Positions 13,215-25,438 of a DNA stretch of 62,011 nt are shown here, in pieces. The stretch is from the NCBI GenBank assembly GCA_025603075.1, contig MU626382.1, positions 1 to 62,011 of the forward strand, written 5' to 3'. The position numbers and the translations under genes are program-made. The notes under the pieces are model-generated. The model saw nothing but the letters and a program-made list of their open reading frames with translations, searched no databases and had not been told where the DNA came from. This DNA comes from Neoconidiobolus thromboides FSU 785. Lineage: Eukaryota; Fungi; Entomophthoromycota. Position 1 is the stretch's first letter. Each line of letters begins with the position of its first letter.

Positions 13215-15032
13215 TGATTTATTTTTGCTTTTTAGTTTTTGCTTTTTTGGATCCAAAAAGGATCCTTTTATACTTTTAATTTATCTCAATGCTTGATAAT
13301 TATTTGTAAGCAGTTGGTATCAAAGGATTAGTTATTCATAAATCTTCTCAGTTTGTTAGATTGCTTTATAATTTTTATGAATTTTAACATAAACTAAGAA
13401 TAAGTTATTAATTTAAGTGTTGTAAAAATTGAATTTGTTCTATTAATTTTAATTAGCTTATAAAAATTTCAAGTGTTTTTATGTATATTATATGATGGAA
13501 TTTCATGCTTTATCTTTAGATTTAACATATTCTTGTACTAATTTACTTTATTTTATATTACATGTATTACATTAGAAAAATTATTATAAAATAAATAATG
13601 ATTTTGTTTGATTTTGTTTACTTTTTTAGGGATCCATTTTGAAATATGGACTAATTTTTTATTGATTTTGAATTTTCAATTATTTCTCAGTAAATTTTTA
13701 TCAGTTTAATTTTATATTTATAATAAACTCCACATTCGAAGCAGGATACTTTTATTTTATATTTTTATTTTATATCAAAGTATTAAAAAAATAAAAATAA
13801 AAATAAAAATAACCAGTTTTTGCATATAATTTCTAATTTGGTTTATAATTCATTCGTAACTTAAAAGATAGTGTAATAAATCTTAACAAAAGACTTGGTG
13901 CTTTTCTTGTAACAACTACTATTAAACACAATAAAGTAAGAATCTAATAGTAATGTAAATTTGTACTCATAGTTTATGTTTTATTTGCAAAAACAAAAAC
14001 AATTAAATAAATGTATTTATCTTTATATTTTGTATCTTTCTAACTTAACATAATTTTAATGTTGAAAATTTATACAATATTGAACTTTAGTGATAACTTG
14101 GATAAGTTGAAAAGATATAAATTCCATGAAAACTAAGGTATTAAAATTATTGGCTATAATAACAATAATAAATGAGTATTAGAAATCCATTTTTTAGATT
14201 TATTTAACTTTTTGTTTTTTTAATACTATCAAGTAGAAAAATTAAAATTTATAATCAGAAAATACATCTTTATACTTTTTTGGCTCAGTATCTTGTCCAT
14301 TTTTTATGCTATATAAAATAGATAGATTAGTTATTTGAATATTAAACCAATAAAAAAGCATAGTTATAAATTATTTACTACAAATTATTGTATTTTATGT
14401 AGCATTTTTAACACGATACTCTTGTTTAAAATGAATTATAGCTTATACAATAGGACCAAATTATCTAATATAATAGAAATCACTTTAAACGAAGCTATAT
14501 ATTTGGATTCTTTTTATAATATTGATATATTGTTCTTTTCATCAAGTTGAAAATTAGTAATTCAATTCTATACTAAAAACTGGATTTAAATACTATAATT
14601 TGAGCCCTAATAGTTACCATTTATTTTAACCAATGATAGTCCATTACCAATGGTATTACATTAGCATATTACTGCCAGGCAATTTTTATATACTCACCAA
14701 AAGCTATGTTAAAAAAGCATCAACTAATCAGATTAGTTTAATGTCTCTCAACAGTTGAATTGATTAGTTAAATTTGATTGTATCCCATAAATTTATTTAA
14801 CCATAATTTAAAAAATGTGTCAATATATTTCCCAGTAACAGTGTATTAATTTGGTTTTAAAATACAGTTTATAAAAGTAAAAAATTTAAAAAAGCCATAT
14901 TTAGTCTTTTTTTATAAATTCCGTTATCAATGATAAATAATTAATTCAATTACTCAATATATTGTCAAAAGAAGTAATCAAATATTTATAAAACAATTAA
15001 AATTTTATGATCATAGCTATTTAATTGCTAAG

Positions 15033-15496
15033 TGTGAAATATCGCTTTGTTAGTCCCATGGTTAATTATAGCATAACAATCGCCTAGGCTGTTGTGTTCT
15101 CGAGTTCAGAGAAAATCAACCCCACGTTCTTAGCTTGATTTGATATGGGAATTTCTATCTTCGTCTCAAAGAATATTCTCCCCTCGTTTTGATATTTATA
15201 CTTATCGGAGCATAAAAGAGATTCTAAAACATAATAGCTCGAGGCTTTTCAACTGAATTATTCCCTGATATCTCAAACATTTAGTAAAGCCACTAAGTTT
15301 TCTTAATAGTATTTTACGTAGATTTCACATTAGTATTGTCTATTCTATTTGTCTTATATAGCTTGTAACCTATTACGTGCTATTCCTCATAATCCAAGTC
15401 TATCTTAGTCACATAAACTAAGACCTTTCGACTTATAGTGTAGTCAACCCAGCAATAGCTGTTCTTGACTCCAAACCCTGAGTACCAGATTTCACA
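15033..15496. mobile_element. Solo LTR, copy 1 (464 bp)
   Basis: TGTGAAAT...ATTTCACA inverted termini, 4-bp TSD TAAG/TAAG, homologous to 15846-16303 and 33346-33809. Confidence 0.85.
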
Positions 15497-15628
15497 TAAG
15501 TTTTTTATTTTTTATTATTGCTTTTAAACTTTTAAATTGTTAAAATTATTAAAATTTATTATAATTATAGTCATGATTATATAGGGATGTCTGAAATAAT
15601 TTTAAAATTTATTTAAAAATTAATATAC

Positions 15629-15724
15629 GGGGATGTGTTTTTATATTTGAGAATTTTACTAACAATTTTTCCACTCAAATAGCCCTTAAAAGATGGAAAA
15701 AATGAAGCCAAAAAAAACATCCTC
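15629..15724 (+). mobile_element. ~98-bp MITE copy
   Basis: Full length, flanks ATAC/ATAT, lies between two solo LTRs. Confidence 0.85.
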
Positions 15725-15845
15725 ATATAATTCATTAAATCTGAAAATTTTTACTTTTTTTTTTTTAAACTAATTTTTTTAATTATATCCTTTACGTTAT
15801 TTTTATCAAATATCAAAATGGTTTTATTATATGCTTAATAAATAT

Positions 15846-16303
15846 TGCGAAGTATCACTTTATCAGCTCTATGATTGGTTATAACATGACAATCACTTAA
15901 GTTATTGTATTCTCAAGTTCAGATACGATTTAAAATCCCTTACTTTGATTTCTTGCGAGAACTTCTAACCTCACATTCCAAAATACTATCTTCTTGCTTT
16001 GATATCCACACTTATTGGAGTATGAAAGAGATTCTTCAATATAACAACTCAAGGCTTTTTAATTGGATTATTTCCTAACATCGTACCTTTGATAAACCCA
16101 TTAAATCCTTCTGGTAGTATTTTAGGTAGATTTTACAGTAGTATTGTCTATTCTATTTGTTTTACATAGTCTGTAGCATACTACGTGATATTCTTGACAA
16201 TTCAAGTATGTCTTAGTCACATAAGCTAATATCTTTCAACTTACGGCTAGTCAATCAAGTAAGAACTGCTTTTGACTCCAATCACTGAGTACGAGATTTC
16301 ACA
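15846..16303. mobile_element. Solo LTR, copy 2 (diverged, 458 bp)
   Basis: TGCGAAGT...ATTTCACA ends, TSD ATAT/ATAT, colinear with copy 1 along its length. Confidence 0.8.
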
Positions 16304-16493
16304 ATATATAGTATAAATAGAAATGAATGTAACTATTTAAAAATGGTTAATAATAATAAAATGTCAACACTATGATCTATTATCAAAGATATAAGAAAGA
16401 CTAAACGTGAGCAAATTAAAGCTATTGTATTTGCTTAATAATTTAATTATTTTATCAAGGTTTAATAAAAATAAAAATAATAATACAGTAAAA

Positions 16494-16592
16494 GGGGATG
16501 TATTTTTGTGTTTAAGAATTTTGTTAGCAAATTTTCCGCTTAGATAGCGCTTAAAAAATAGAAGAAATAATGAAGTTAAAAAAGACACTCCC
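16494..16592 (+). mobile_element. ~98-bp MITE copy (GACACTCCC-end variant)
   Basis: Full length, same end variant as 58116/58226, flanks AAAA/AAAT. Confidence 0.85.
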
Positions 16593-16614
16593 AAATACTT
16601 ATCAAATAATATAT

Positions 16615-16710
16615 GGGAATGTATTTTTTTGTCTAAGAATTTTACTGGCACTTTCTCTGCTTAAATAGCGCTTAAAAAATGGAAAAAGTGAAGTCAAAAA
16701 AAAGCACCTT
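16615..16710 (+). mobile_element. ~98-bp MITE copy
   Basis: Tandem with the previous copy; right end eroded. Confidence 0.75.
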
Positions 16711-17231
16711 TATACTACTATGTACTTTTGCTTTTCAATAAAAAAAAAATTTATAGAATTCTAAACAAAGTTTTCAAAATACAAAATTTTAGAAAATTAG
16801 ATAAAAACGAAAATAACTCAGAAATCCTTACGTAACAAAAATAAACTAAATATATTAAAATATAATTATGAGTTATAATAATCTTCATTGTTTAATATTT
16901 TTATAAATTTCGAACAACTTATGTTGAATTAAGTGTTAAATTTAAATTTGATAACTGCTCTGTCTTATCTTATCTGCTATAAAACATAAGTAAACCCTTA
17001 TTTATAAAGAGCATTATTGGTAACCAACTCAAATTCAAATAAAATCAAGGTGCTCCTAATCACTAATAAAATACTTGGGAATTAACAGCTTATACAATAT
17101 TAAATTATATGACTATGAAACCTTGATTTACTTCCACTCTTTAATACCATAACAAAAGTAAATTCGGATAAGTATTTCAACAAGCTTTGTTAATTTAAAA
17201 TTTATTATTAACTATGTGTTAATAGTAATAT

Positions 17232-17302
17232 GCAATGTTGGTTTAGTGGTAAAATTGCCGCCTGCCACGCGGCAGCCCCGGGTTCGATTCCCGGACATTG
17301 CA
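17232..17302 (+). tRNA. tRNA-Gly (anticodon GCC)
   Basis: Acceptor stem GCAATGT/ACATTGC plus A, D-arm GTTTAGTGGTAAAA, anticodon stem GCCGC/GCGGC with loop CTGCCAC, T-arm CCGGG-TTCGATT-CCCGG, T-run shortly downstream. Confidence 0.96.
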
Positions 17303-17502
17303 CATACTCTAATAAGAATTATTTTTTAATCCACTAGAAGGGGGGATATCCTTTTCTTAATTAGAAAGTGCCAATTTTTCTGATATTTAACTTTTTGTTT
17401 TAATGGTTAGGTTATACAATTGCCCAGGTTCAAAGTTTAAAATCTTCTATAGTAAAAGCTTAGATTCCACACTATTTCCCAAAGTCATATTTTTTTGCAT
17501 AT

Positions 17503-17599
17503 GGGGTTATTTTTTTTAGTTTCATTATTCTTCCATTTTTTAAGCGCTATTTGAGTGGAAAGATTATAGTAAAATTCTTAAACAAAAAAATACATCCCC
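17503..17599 (-). mobile_element. ~98-bp MITE copy
   Basis: Full length, flanks ATAT/ATAT. Confidence 0.85.
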
Positions 17600-18125
17600 A
17601 TATATATAAAGTATATGCAGTAAAATTGGACAATTGACATAAATATACGGTACACCGCTTGATGGGTCAAAGTTGATATTTAGATTTATAACTGAAGCTT
17701 TTAAATTAGCTGAACTGATTTTTAATCCAAAGATTTTATACTTATCTTTAAGTTAAAAGGCTTAAAAAATGAACAAAATATTTACTGAAAAAAGTAATTT
17801 TTATTTTAAATAGATCAAAATATAGCAGTAAATTAATAACAATGATTGACATTTTATTTAATTAATAGAAGATAAACTTTTCGATTATATTAAATTGCAA
17901 TTTTGAAACCATTTATAAAATATCCTTAGTTCCAATTCAAATTTAATATCATAACTTCGTCAAATATCAATCGGAATTAAATTTCAATCGAAAGATAGGA
18001 TTATAAGTTGACTAAATTTATCAATAAGATTTTTAATAACTAGAAAAACGCAACCGAAAATGAGGTTGGTTGGGTAGCAAAACAATATAAAAAGATCAAA
18101 AAAGCACATAAAGTAAACTATGTAA

Positions 18126-19092
18126 ATGAAAAAATCCAAGCGTTGTTGTAATCTTATAATTGGGAGTTTAATTGTCGTTTTGATAGCATTATGTGTTACA
18201 TGCTACCTGTTGACTGAAGAGGAACTAAAGATGAAACAATTAAGTTCGAAGATAGGGGCCGACTTTACATCAGAAGATACTGTTGATGGAATCAAAATTG
18301 AATTTCGAGTGATGAGTGTTGATTTAGCAAAAAACAAGTTGGAATCCCATCTTACTTTTATACCAAGCAATGGATTAACAACCAAATATAGTCGATTATC
18401 AAAAGATCTATTATTTAATTTCAATTATTACCAAAAGGAATTCAAAGCTAATTCTACTTTGTAATATTATTCTTTAATCTTTTAAAATGAATATTAAATT
18501 CTATATTTAGGAGTTCAATAGAGATAACGTATCCCATATTAGAAGGGAGTACTAGTTACTACCCATTTGATGAATTTTCCACCTTAGTTGAAGTTGAAAT
18601 TATCAACCTTGAAGACCAAACGGCAGTACCAATCGAATTAGATCTCAAAGCGAGTATAGCTTCATTAAAATTTTCATTTAATCCAATAGATGATGGTAAT
18701 CAACATCAAAAAGTTATATTAAATATAGGACGTCCAGGTACGGTTGTGTTTTTTTCACTATTTCTTTTTATCGTTATGTGGACTTTATCGCTGGCTGTTT
18801 TTATGTTAGCTTTATGGACTGTTGCTTTTTCAGAAGAAAGACCTGGAGCTAGCTACCTTGGTTTAGGTTCTGCTCTATTATTTGCTTTGCCTAATCTTAG
18901 ATCTACTCAACCTGGTGTTCCCCCTATTGGTGCCCTCTTAGATACTATTGGTTTCTTTTGGTAATTATATATATATACTCGTAGGATTATTTATTAATGT
19001 TTTTGTATAGGAATATGGTTCTAGTAGCTGTATCCTCTTCTATTATGATTGGAGTTTGGATACATCGTTTCAATCATTCTTCATCTAGTTAA
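18126..19092 (+). CDS. DUF4436-like multi-pass membrane protein, 3 exons
   Basis: Exons 18126-18460, 18511-18960, 19011-19092 (two 50-nt introns) give 288 aa: N-terminal TM, beta-rich domain with YYPFD, then three TM segments with LFALPNLRSTQPGVPPIGALLDTIGFFWNM. Family assignment is from recalled motifs. Confidence 0.8.
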
Positions 19093-20047
19093 ACGCATTT
19101 GTTTTTTATACTTACATTCATATAAATGCAATTTTATTATGTTGGGCTTCGTTTTATTACACTTTTAAATTTAAATCCTTATAGCACTTTAAGGAATTTT
19201 AATAAATTATTGTAACTGACGAAGTTAGGATATTTTTTATTTATTTTAATTCAAAGTATTCTATCCACCCTTGAATGACTTTATAAATGGACAAGTAATT
19301 CAAATAAAAAAGTTTTATTTTTAGTATAAATATTGACATAATATTATTATAAGCAAAGTAATATTTATTTTTGAATTTAAAAACAGTAAGTTAATCTGGT
19401 AAATTACTTGTTTATTTCAAATTCGCTTTTACAGTTATTATAGCCTTTTTGCGACATAGTTAACTACTCATTCAAGAAAAAAAAGCTAGAGTATTTGTAG
19501 AGTATATGGATCAGACTTTAAAAGATTATCTTAAAATTCAATCACAAAAACTAACGTTAAAAAAGTTATAAAAAAGTTGGAGCAGCTGTAAGAACGTAAA
19601 AAACATTTTTAAATACTAAAAAGGCTACTTAACTATAATAAATGAACTCACCCCCTAATATCAATAAATAACACTTTATATTTTATATTTTGTATTTTAA
19701 TTTACTAATAGAAAGTCGATTTCATAAACCATTAAAAGAATAATGACTTATTTTAACATCACTAAAAATATCAAAATGCTAAATAGTGAAATTATACATA
19801 ATCATAAAATAAGGGTATTATGAATTAATATTAATATTAGTATTAATACAATTCTTTACGGTAATTTCATTATTTAATTTGATTCAACAGACCAGGTTTT
19901 AAAGATAATTAAAACACAGACATAAAATAATATGGGTATCATAAAATAATCAAACTCCTTTTTTAAAAAGTAAGGGTAGATTGAATTGTATACTCCTGAA
20001 ACCTAATAAATTTCTAAACGTTGTAAATATAAATATAAAGATAGAAG

Positions 20048-20971
20048 ATGAAGTTTAAATCGTTTTTTCCCAAAATATATATCATAATGTACAATCAAGA
20101 TGATACTATTGTATCCATCAATAAGGACGATTATGTGAGCCAAAATCAAATCTTGGTCATATTTTCATTAACATTGGTATTGCACATTAATGTATTAATC
20201 AATAGTCTTAAATTGGTCAAAAATTTTCCAACACCAACTAAATTTGTATTACTTGTCATAGCCGCTACAGCATGTATATGCCACTTTGATAAACTAAGTG
20301 ATTATTTTATTAATATAGGATGTGAGTTCAGACCCAGGCTAAATTACAGTATGTACACGATCTCATGCAATTTAAGTGATTTACTTATTGTTCTACTTAA
20401 TTACACAGTTTATAAGCAAATACTTAAAAGAAAGTATTTATATTTATTATTGCTTTTAAATATCTTGACTTCAATTTTATCATTGCTTATACGCACCTTT
20501 TATCTCTCTTTTATACTTTCTAATATCACTGGTATACTTACTGAAACCAAATTTTGCAGTGCAAAATTAGATCTAATCTATTTCACTTCATATATATGGT
20601 CTGAATGGTATATTAATTTAGTCAATTTACTATTATTAGGATTATTTATTTCTATTGTTTTTATCATCTATCGCTTTCATCTACTTTCATTGTTTCAGTA
20701 CCGAGTAAATGAAAATGAAGAAAAACAAATTCAACAACATTTGACCTTTAACTTCGTATACTACTTTATTACTTTGTTATGCTATATCCCTATGATTAGT
20801 ACAAATGCTAATTTATCTCATGGTCTTAATGATGTCTTTTTCCATGTTAGATGGTCTCTACAATCCGTTTTAATGTTATATTGGGTCAAGAATTTAGCAG
20901 CTAACTCAATATTAGATAAACTAAATTTAAAATTAGGCCTAAGCTCTGGCTCTGAAAGAACCCAAGTATAA
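20048..20971 (+). CDS. Orphan 7-transmembrane (GPCR-like) protein
   Basis: Intronless 307-aa ORF with about seven hydrophobic segments. Cys before TM3 (IGCEF) and in the TM4-5 loop (KFCSA). Confidence 0.7.
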   Translation: MKFKSFFPKIYIIMYNQDDTIVSINKDDYVSQNQILVIFSLTLVLHINVLINSLKLVKNFPTPTKFVLLVIAATACICHFDKLSDYFINIGCEFRPRLNYSMYTISCNLSDLLIVLLNYTVYKQILKRKYLYLLLLLNILTSILSLLIRTFYLSFILSNITGILTETKFCSAKLDLIYFTSYIWSEWYINLVNLLLLGLFISIVFIIYRFHLLSLFQYRVNENEEKQIQQHLTFNFVYYFITLLCYIPMISTNANLSHGLNDVFFHVRWSLQSVLMLYWVKNLAANSILDKLNLKLGLSSGSERTQV

Positions 20972-21266
20972 ATCAAATAAATAACTATCATTTAATAAAT
21001 AATTTAATCTACCTGAATCCATTTTATGTTATATTTTTGAGTTTTATAGCATGAACTTGGTATTATTTTATGCAGGTGGCTTATTATTACAATTTATCCA
21101 CCATTTTAAAATTAAAGTGTGCTTCTAGATTTTGTTAAAAATAATTAACCATATGCGCATGTTCTATTGGTAATTTGAATAATATTTTACCGAATTTTAA
21201 GCTTAAAAAGTGGATAAACAATAAAGGGAAGATAACTCTCAATACTTTTCTAATAACATATCATAT

Positions 21267-21364
21267 GGGGATGTGTTTTTTTGTTTAAGAATTTTACTAA
21301 TAATATTTCCACTCAAATAGTGTTTAAAAAACGGAAAAGTGGTGAAACCAAAAAAAGCATCCCC
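21267..21364 (+). mobile_element. ~98-bp MITE copy
   Basis: Full length, flanks ATAT/ATAT. Confidence 0.85.
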
Positions 21365-22143
21365 ATATAGTGTCTTACATTATGAGTTTATTATAGAATA
21401 ATAAAACTATTTGTGACAAAGACCGAAAATGTATGAAATAAATTCGTGGAACAATTGAATTATATAAACTAAACGGCACTATTATAAATCCCATAAACCA
21501 ATTATATAGTATATTAAATTCTTATAAGTCAAACAAAGGTTCTATGAAGATGCCAGAGGCCTTAGAGGTTTAGTCGTACTTACCAATTCTAACTAGCCAT
21601 TAACAAATATACAAAGGAGTATTATATATATTTAATATAATCTCAAAAATTGTGGGTTTCAAATGATTTAATTTGGGAGTTAAACTTGAGCTTTTTAGAA
21701 AAAGATGCATGCTGATTGAAGTCATTAGTTACCCGACCATCTACTCCTTTTTGTTATAATATTGAAGTTAGAAATTTTGCTCCAACAATATTTTAAAGTT
21801 TAAGTAAAAATAATTTGACTTATCGTATTTTTTATTTATTTATATAAAATATAAATAAAAAGGATTTGACTCTATGGTTTGATTTATAGCTTCAATTTTT
21901 AATTTTAATTTATTATTTATTATTTATTATATATCACAAAGTTGTACTCAAGAAGAAAATATATTATAATGATCATTTAATAAAATCGGAATTGCACTTA
22001 TGTTTATTTTTAACCTCTACTTGAATTCATTTAACATAAATTATTTTTAGCTACTATTATATTATATTACTAAGCTTCATATTAGAAATAGAAGTATTTT
22101 TAGGCTGATTGAATGCAATTTATAGTATTATGAACTAAAGTAT

Positions 22144-22234
22144 GGGGATATATTTATGTTTGAGAATTTTACTAACGAATTTTCAGCTCAGATAGTATTT
22201 AAAGATGGAAAAAATAATGAAATTAAAATACCCC
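22144..22234 (+). mobile_element. ~98-bp MITE copy, small deletions
   Basis: GGGGATAT...ATACCCC with internal consensus. Confidence 0.75.
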
Positions 22235-22736
22235 ATAAATGATAATAAATTTAAAAGAGCATGGGAAGAATGTAAATATTGTAAAGAGAACTTCATTGAT
22301 TCAGCTTTTTAGTACATGTTTTATTAGGCTTAGAATTTACAACATCCCCTCTAATCTAAATTTTCCCAGTATATTTTAATTAGCTATATCAACTTTTATT
22401 TATATATGATTAAGTGGATAACGTTTGAATGTAATATCATTTAATATTTATATGAAATGCTACCAAGCTTTGAAATAAAATTAAACGGAACGGGTATATC
22501 AAAAGATAATAAAAGCAATATTATAATTGTAATATATTATAATCAATTGAAAATACAGAAAAACCGAAGAACTTTAAATCATAAGAGGCTCAAAATAGTA
22601 ATTAAAAATTGGTCAATTAGTTGGAACCACTGTTATGAAAGCAGCAATAAAATGAGCCACAAAAAAAAGTATACAAGTAATCGGAGTTTACTATAAAACA
22701 AGAACAGAGCCAAACTAATCAAAAATTTAAAAAATT

Positions 22737-23399
22737 ATGAAATTAAATATACTTACATTAGCTGGCCTTTTACTTACTACTGGTTTAAATGCTGAATTGG
22801 CTTCAGGCCCACCAGATCGTAAGAGTAAATCGGAAAATGTTCAAACTATACCTGCTTTAGTTATTCCACCTAATGGTCAGTTGGAAAATCCTACCACTAG
22901 TTTAGTTTTAACTAAAGAAACAAAGGAAGCTGGTCTTACCCCAATTAAAGAAATTAAGGAATCTAACACCACTCCAACTAAAGAAGCTAAAGAAAGTAGC
23001 CTTACAAAGCCAACCCCTATTGAGCCAAAAGAATCTAATTTAAAACCGGTTTTAACTGTGGACGTTAAAACTTCCACTAGCAAATCTAATACTGCATCAC
23101 CCACTAATCTAGCTGATGAAAGTTTAGGGAGTCTTGAAAACGAATTCGATATTCCAACCTTGCTTACTAATCAAAAAGCGCCAACCACAAAAGGAGAAAA
23201 ATTATCTGATTCTACAAAGTCAACAGCTGCTTCAAAAATTAGTACCGAAGAATTAGATGCCAAATCGAGTTCAGGCTCCAACTTGGCTAAAACTGCTTCA
23301 TCTTTCAATAAGTCTTCAGCCTCTACTGAATCTTCAGCCTCCTTAATTTCAAACACATTCTTACCTATCTTACCTATTTTTTACTATTTTTTAAATTAA
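22737..23399 (+). CDS. Secreted Ser/Thr/Pro/Lys-rich protein, probably GPI-anchored
   Basis: Signal peptide MKLNILTLAGLLLTTGLNA, imperfect PxKExKES repeats, Ser-rich omega region and hydrophobic C-terminus. Confidence 0.8.
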   Translation: MKLNILTLAGLLLTTGLNAELASGPPDRKSKSENVQTIPALVIPPNGQLENPTTSLVLTKETKEAGLTPIKEIKESNTTPTKEAKESSLTKPTPIEPKESNLKPVLTVDVKTSTSKSNTASPTNLADESLGSLENEFDIPTLLTNQKAPTTKGEKLSDSTKSTAASKISTEELDAKSSSGSNLAKTASSFNKSSASTESSASLISNTFLPILPIFYYFLN

Positions 23400-23471
23400 T
23401 AAATATTAAATATTAAATATTAAATTAAAACTCAAAAATTAATTTTAAATTAATTTTATATTTTAGAAAAT

Positions 23472-23966
23472 TTAAAGACCAGCAGCAAGGGCAGCAGCTA
23501 CAACAACACCGAAAGCTGAGGCACCAGCGGTGAAAGCAGATGAAGATTTAGTGGTAGCGGCAGGTTTAGTATCAGTTTTGTTGTCTTTCTTGGAATCAGT
23601 ACTATCGCCCTTGGCATCTGGACCTTCTTTCTTAGTCTTATCATCAGTCTTAGCCTTATCATCAGTCTTGGCTTTATCATCAGTCTTGGCTTTATCATCA
23701 GTCTTAGCCTTATCATCAGTCTTGGCCTTATCATCAGTCTTAGCCTTATCATCAGTCTTAGTGGCATCAGCATCAGTCTTAGCCTTGTCGTCAGTCTTAG
23801 CCTTATCATCAGTCTTGGCCTTATCATCAGTCTTAGTGGCATCAGCATCAGTCTTGGCCTTGTCGTCAGTCTTGGCGGCATCAGTAGTAGTCTTAGTTTC
23901 ATCAGCGACAGCAGCAGAGACGGCAGCGATGGCAACGAAAGCAATTAAAGCAGTTGAGAATTTCAT
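23472..23966 (-). CDS. Secreted repeat protein (KTDDKA)n, probably GPI-anchored
   Basis: Signal peptide MKFSTALIAFVAIAAVSA, tandem hexapeptides, C-terminal SSSAFTAGASAFGVVVAAALAAGL, GC-richer codon usage than its surroundings. Confidence 0.85.
   Translation of the reverse strand: MKFSTALIAFVAIAAVSAAVADETKTTTDAAKTDDKAKTDADATKTDDKAKTDDKAKTDDKAKTDADATKTDDKAKTDDKAKTDDKAKTDDKAKTDDKAKTDDKAKTDDKTKKEGPDAKGDSTDSKKDNKTDTKPAATTKSSSAFTAGASAFGVVVAAALAAGL
23631..23885 (-). repeat. 18-bp coding tandem repeat (about 14 units) encoding KTDDKA/KTDADA
   Basis: Repeated TCATCAGTCTT(A/G)GC(C/T)TTA on the + strand. Confidence 0.9.
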
Positions 23967-25340
23967 TTTTATTAGGATTAAGTATTAAAGTATTAATATA
24001 AAATTAAGATATTTAAAAAAAGCTGAATTTAATTTGTTTAAATACTTTTTGAAAACTGTGGTGAATTGAAGGATTAATGTTATATTGAATTAAAAAGAAC
24101 ATTAAACTCGAAATTAAGATATTAATATGGAAATTGTTCCAATTAGTTTTATCATTGCACTAGCTCTAATTTATAATTTCTCAATTAATTAAAGTAAAAT
24201 CTTTTTTTTTACTAGCTGAAAAATTAATCGTACAGAACCTTTACATATTTGCTAAAAGAACTTCCTATTTTAACTTACAACAACCATCCAAAATAGGTAT
24301 ACATTAAAGGTATATCCTTTTGTATTTTTAATATTTAGTATAATATAGTGTACTATGTTGTATAAAGTTATTTTAGTACAATACATAAAAATATTTTAAT
24401 ACATACAACATTTCATACCAACAATTTCAAACTATTTAATATGTGAATTAAATGTTCTGAAGGTTTTATACATATTAAGAAAGTGTACCAAATTGGTTCT
24501 TAGCCACATGATTTTGAATACTGGTTAAAACTTAACTTTATTATCTTTAATTAATTAATATTATAAAGAATAGTGAGAGGCTCTATTGAGTAACAACATA
24601 AATATTCTAACACAAAATACTATTAAAACTAGCAGTTTACTTTTTATTTTTTTTATTATAGTTTATTAAATGGTAATAGCGGATATCTGTGGAAATTAAG
24701 CAATTACTTGTTTCTTATATTGAAATCCAAATTAAATATTTTTTAAAATAAAATAATTCTTATTAAAATCTCGTTTTCTAAAATTAGGCCAATAGACAAA
24801 TCCCAAGTAAAAAAATAAGGGGTTAATGTTCACAGTTCCAATTGGGTAATAAAAACGAATAAGTAACATTATTGGAATTTGAATGCTTAGGCTACTTGAT
24901 TACTCCACTTATTTACAAGCTAGTAAGGTTTGAACTAAGCGTATCAAATCGGAAATATTCTATTGAGTCAAAACTCATTAGTAGATGAATACATAGTAAA
25001 GCTTATAAAAATATATACTAACTACCTTAAAAAATAAGAATATAATAGAAAGCTATTAAGAAGGAATGCCAAGCTTGAAACCGAAATTTTTTGGAATTTT
25101 GAAGTTAAAAATAAATAGATTTAAATTTAGATATCTTGAATTTATAAAAATATACAAATCAAATCAAATCTTATTGCGGAATCAATTATTCATTAAACAT
25201 CCGTTTATTAAAATTATTACTTATTTATAGTATATTTTAATCTAAATACTTCTATTCATATTTTAATTTAGTTAACAGTAATCTTTTTACTTCATCTATC
25301 TAATATAGAGCAGTAAGATAACCTATTCTAAGCAGTATAT

Positions 25341-25438
25341 GTGGATGTTTTTTTGGTTTCATCACTTTTTTTTATTTTTAAGCTCTATTTAAGTAGAAAG
25401 GTTGTTAATAAAATTCTTAAACAAAAAAACACATCCCC
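25341..25438 (-). mobile_element. ~98-bp MITE copy
   Basis: Full length, flanks ATAT/ACAT. Confidence 0.82.

Noticed and set aside
13215-13256. 14-aa N-terminal extension of reductase copy 3 in the ORF track
   Set aside because: It starts at a non-ATG codon; the paralogs begin at the MTRTT/MARPT Met.
22877-23988. Alternative-frame and antisense ORFs over the two GPI-type genes
   Set aside because: They stay open only because of the repeats and biased codon usage of the real genes.
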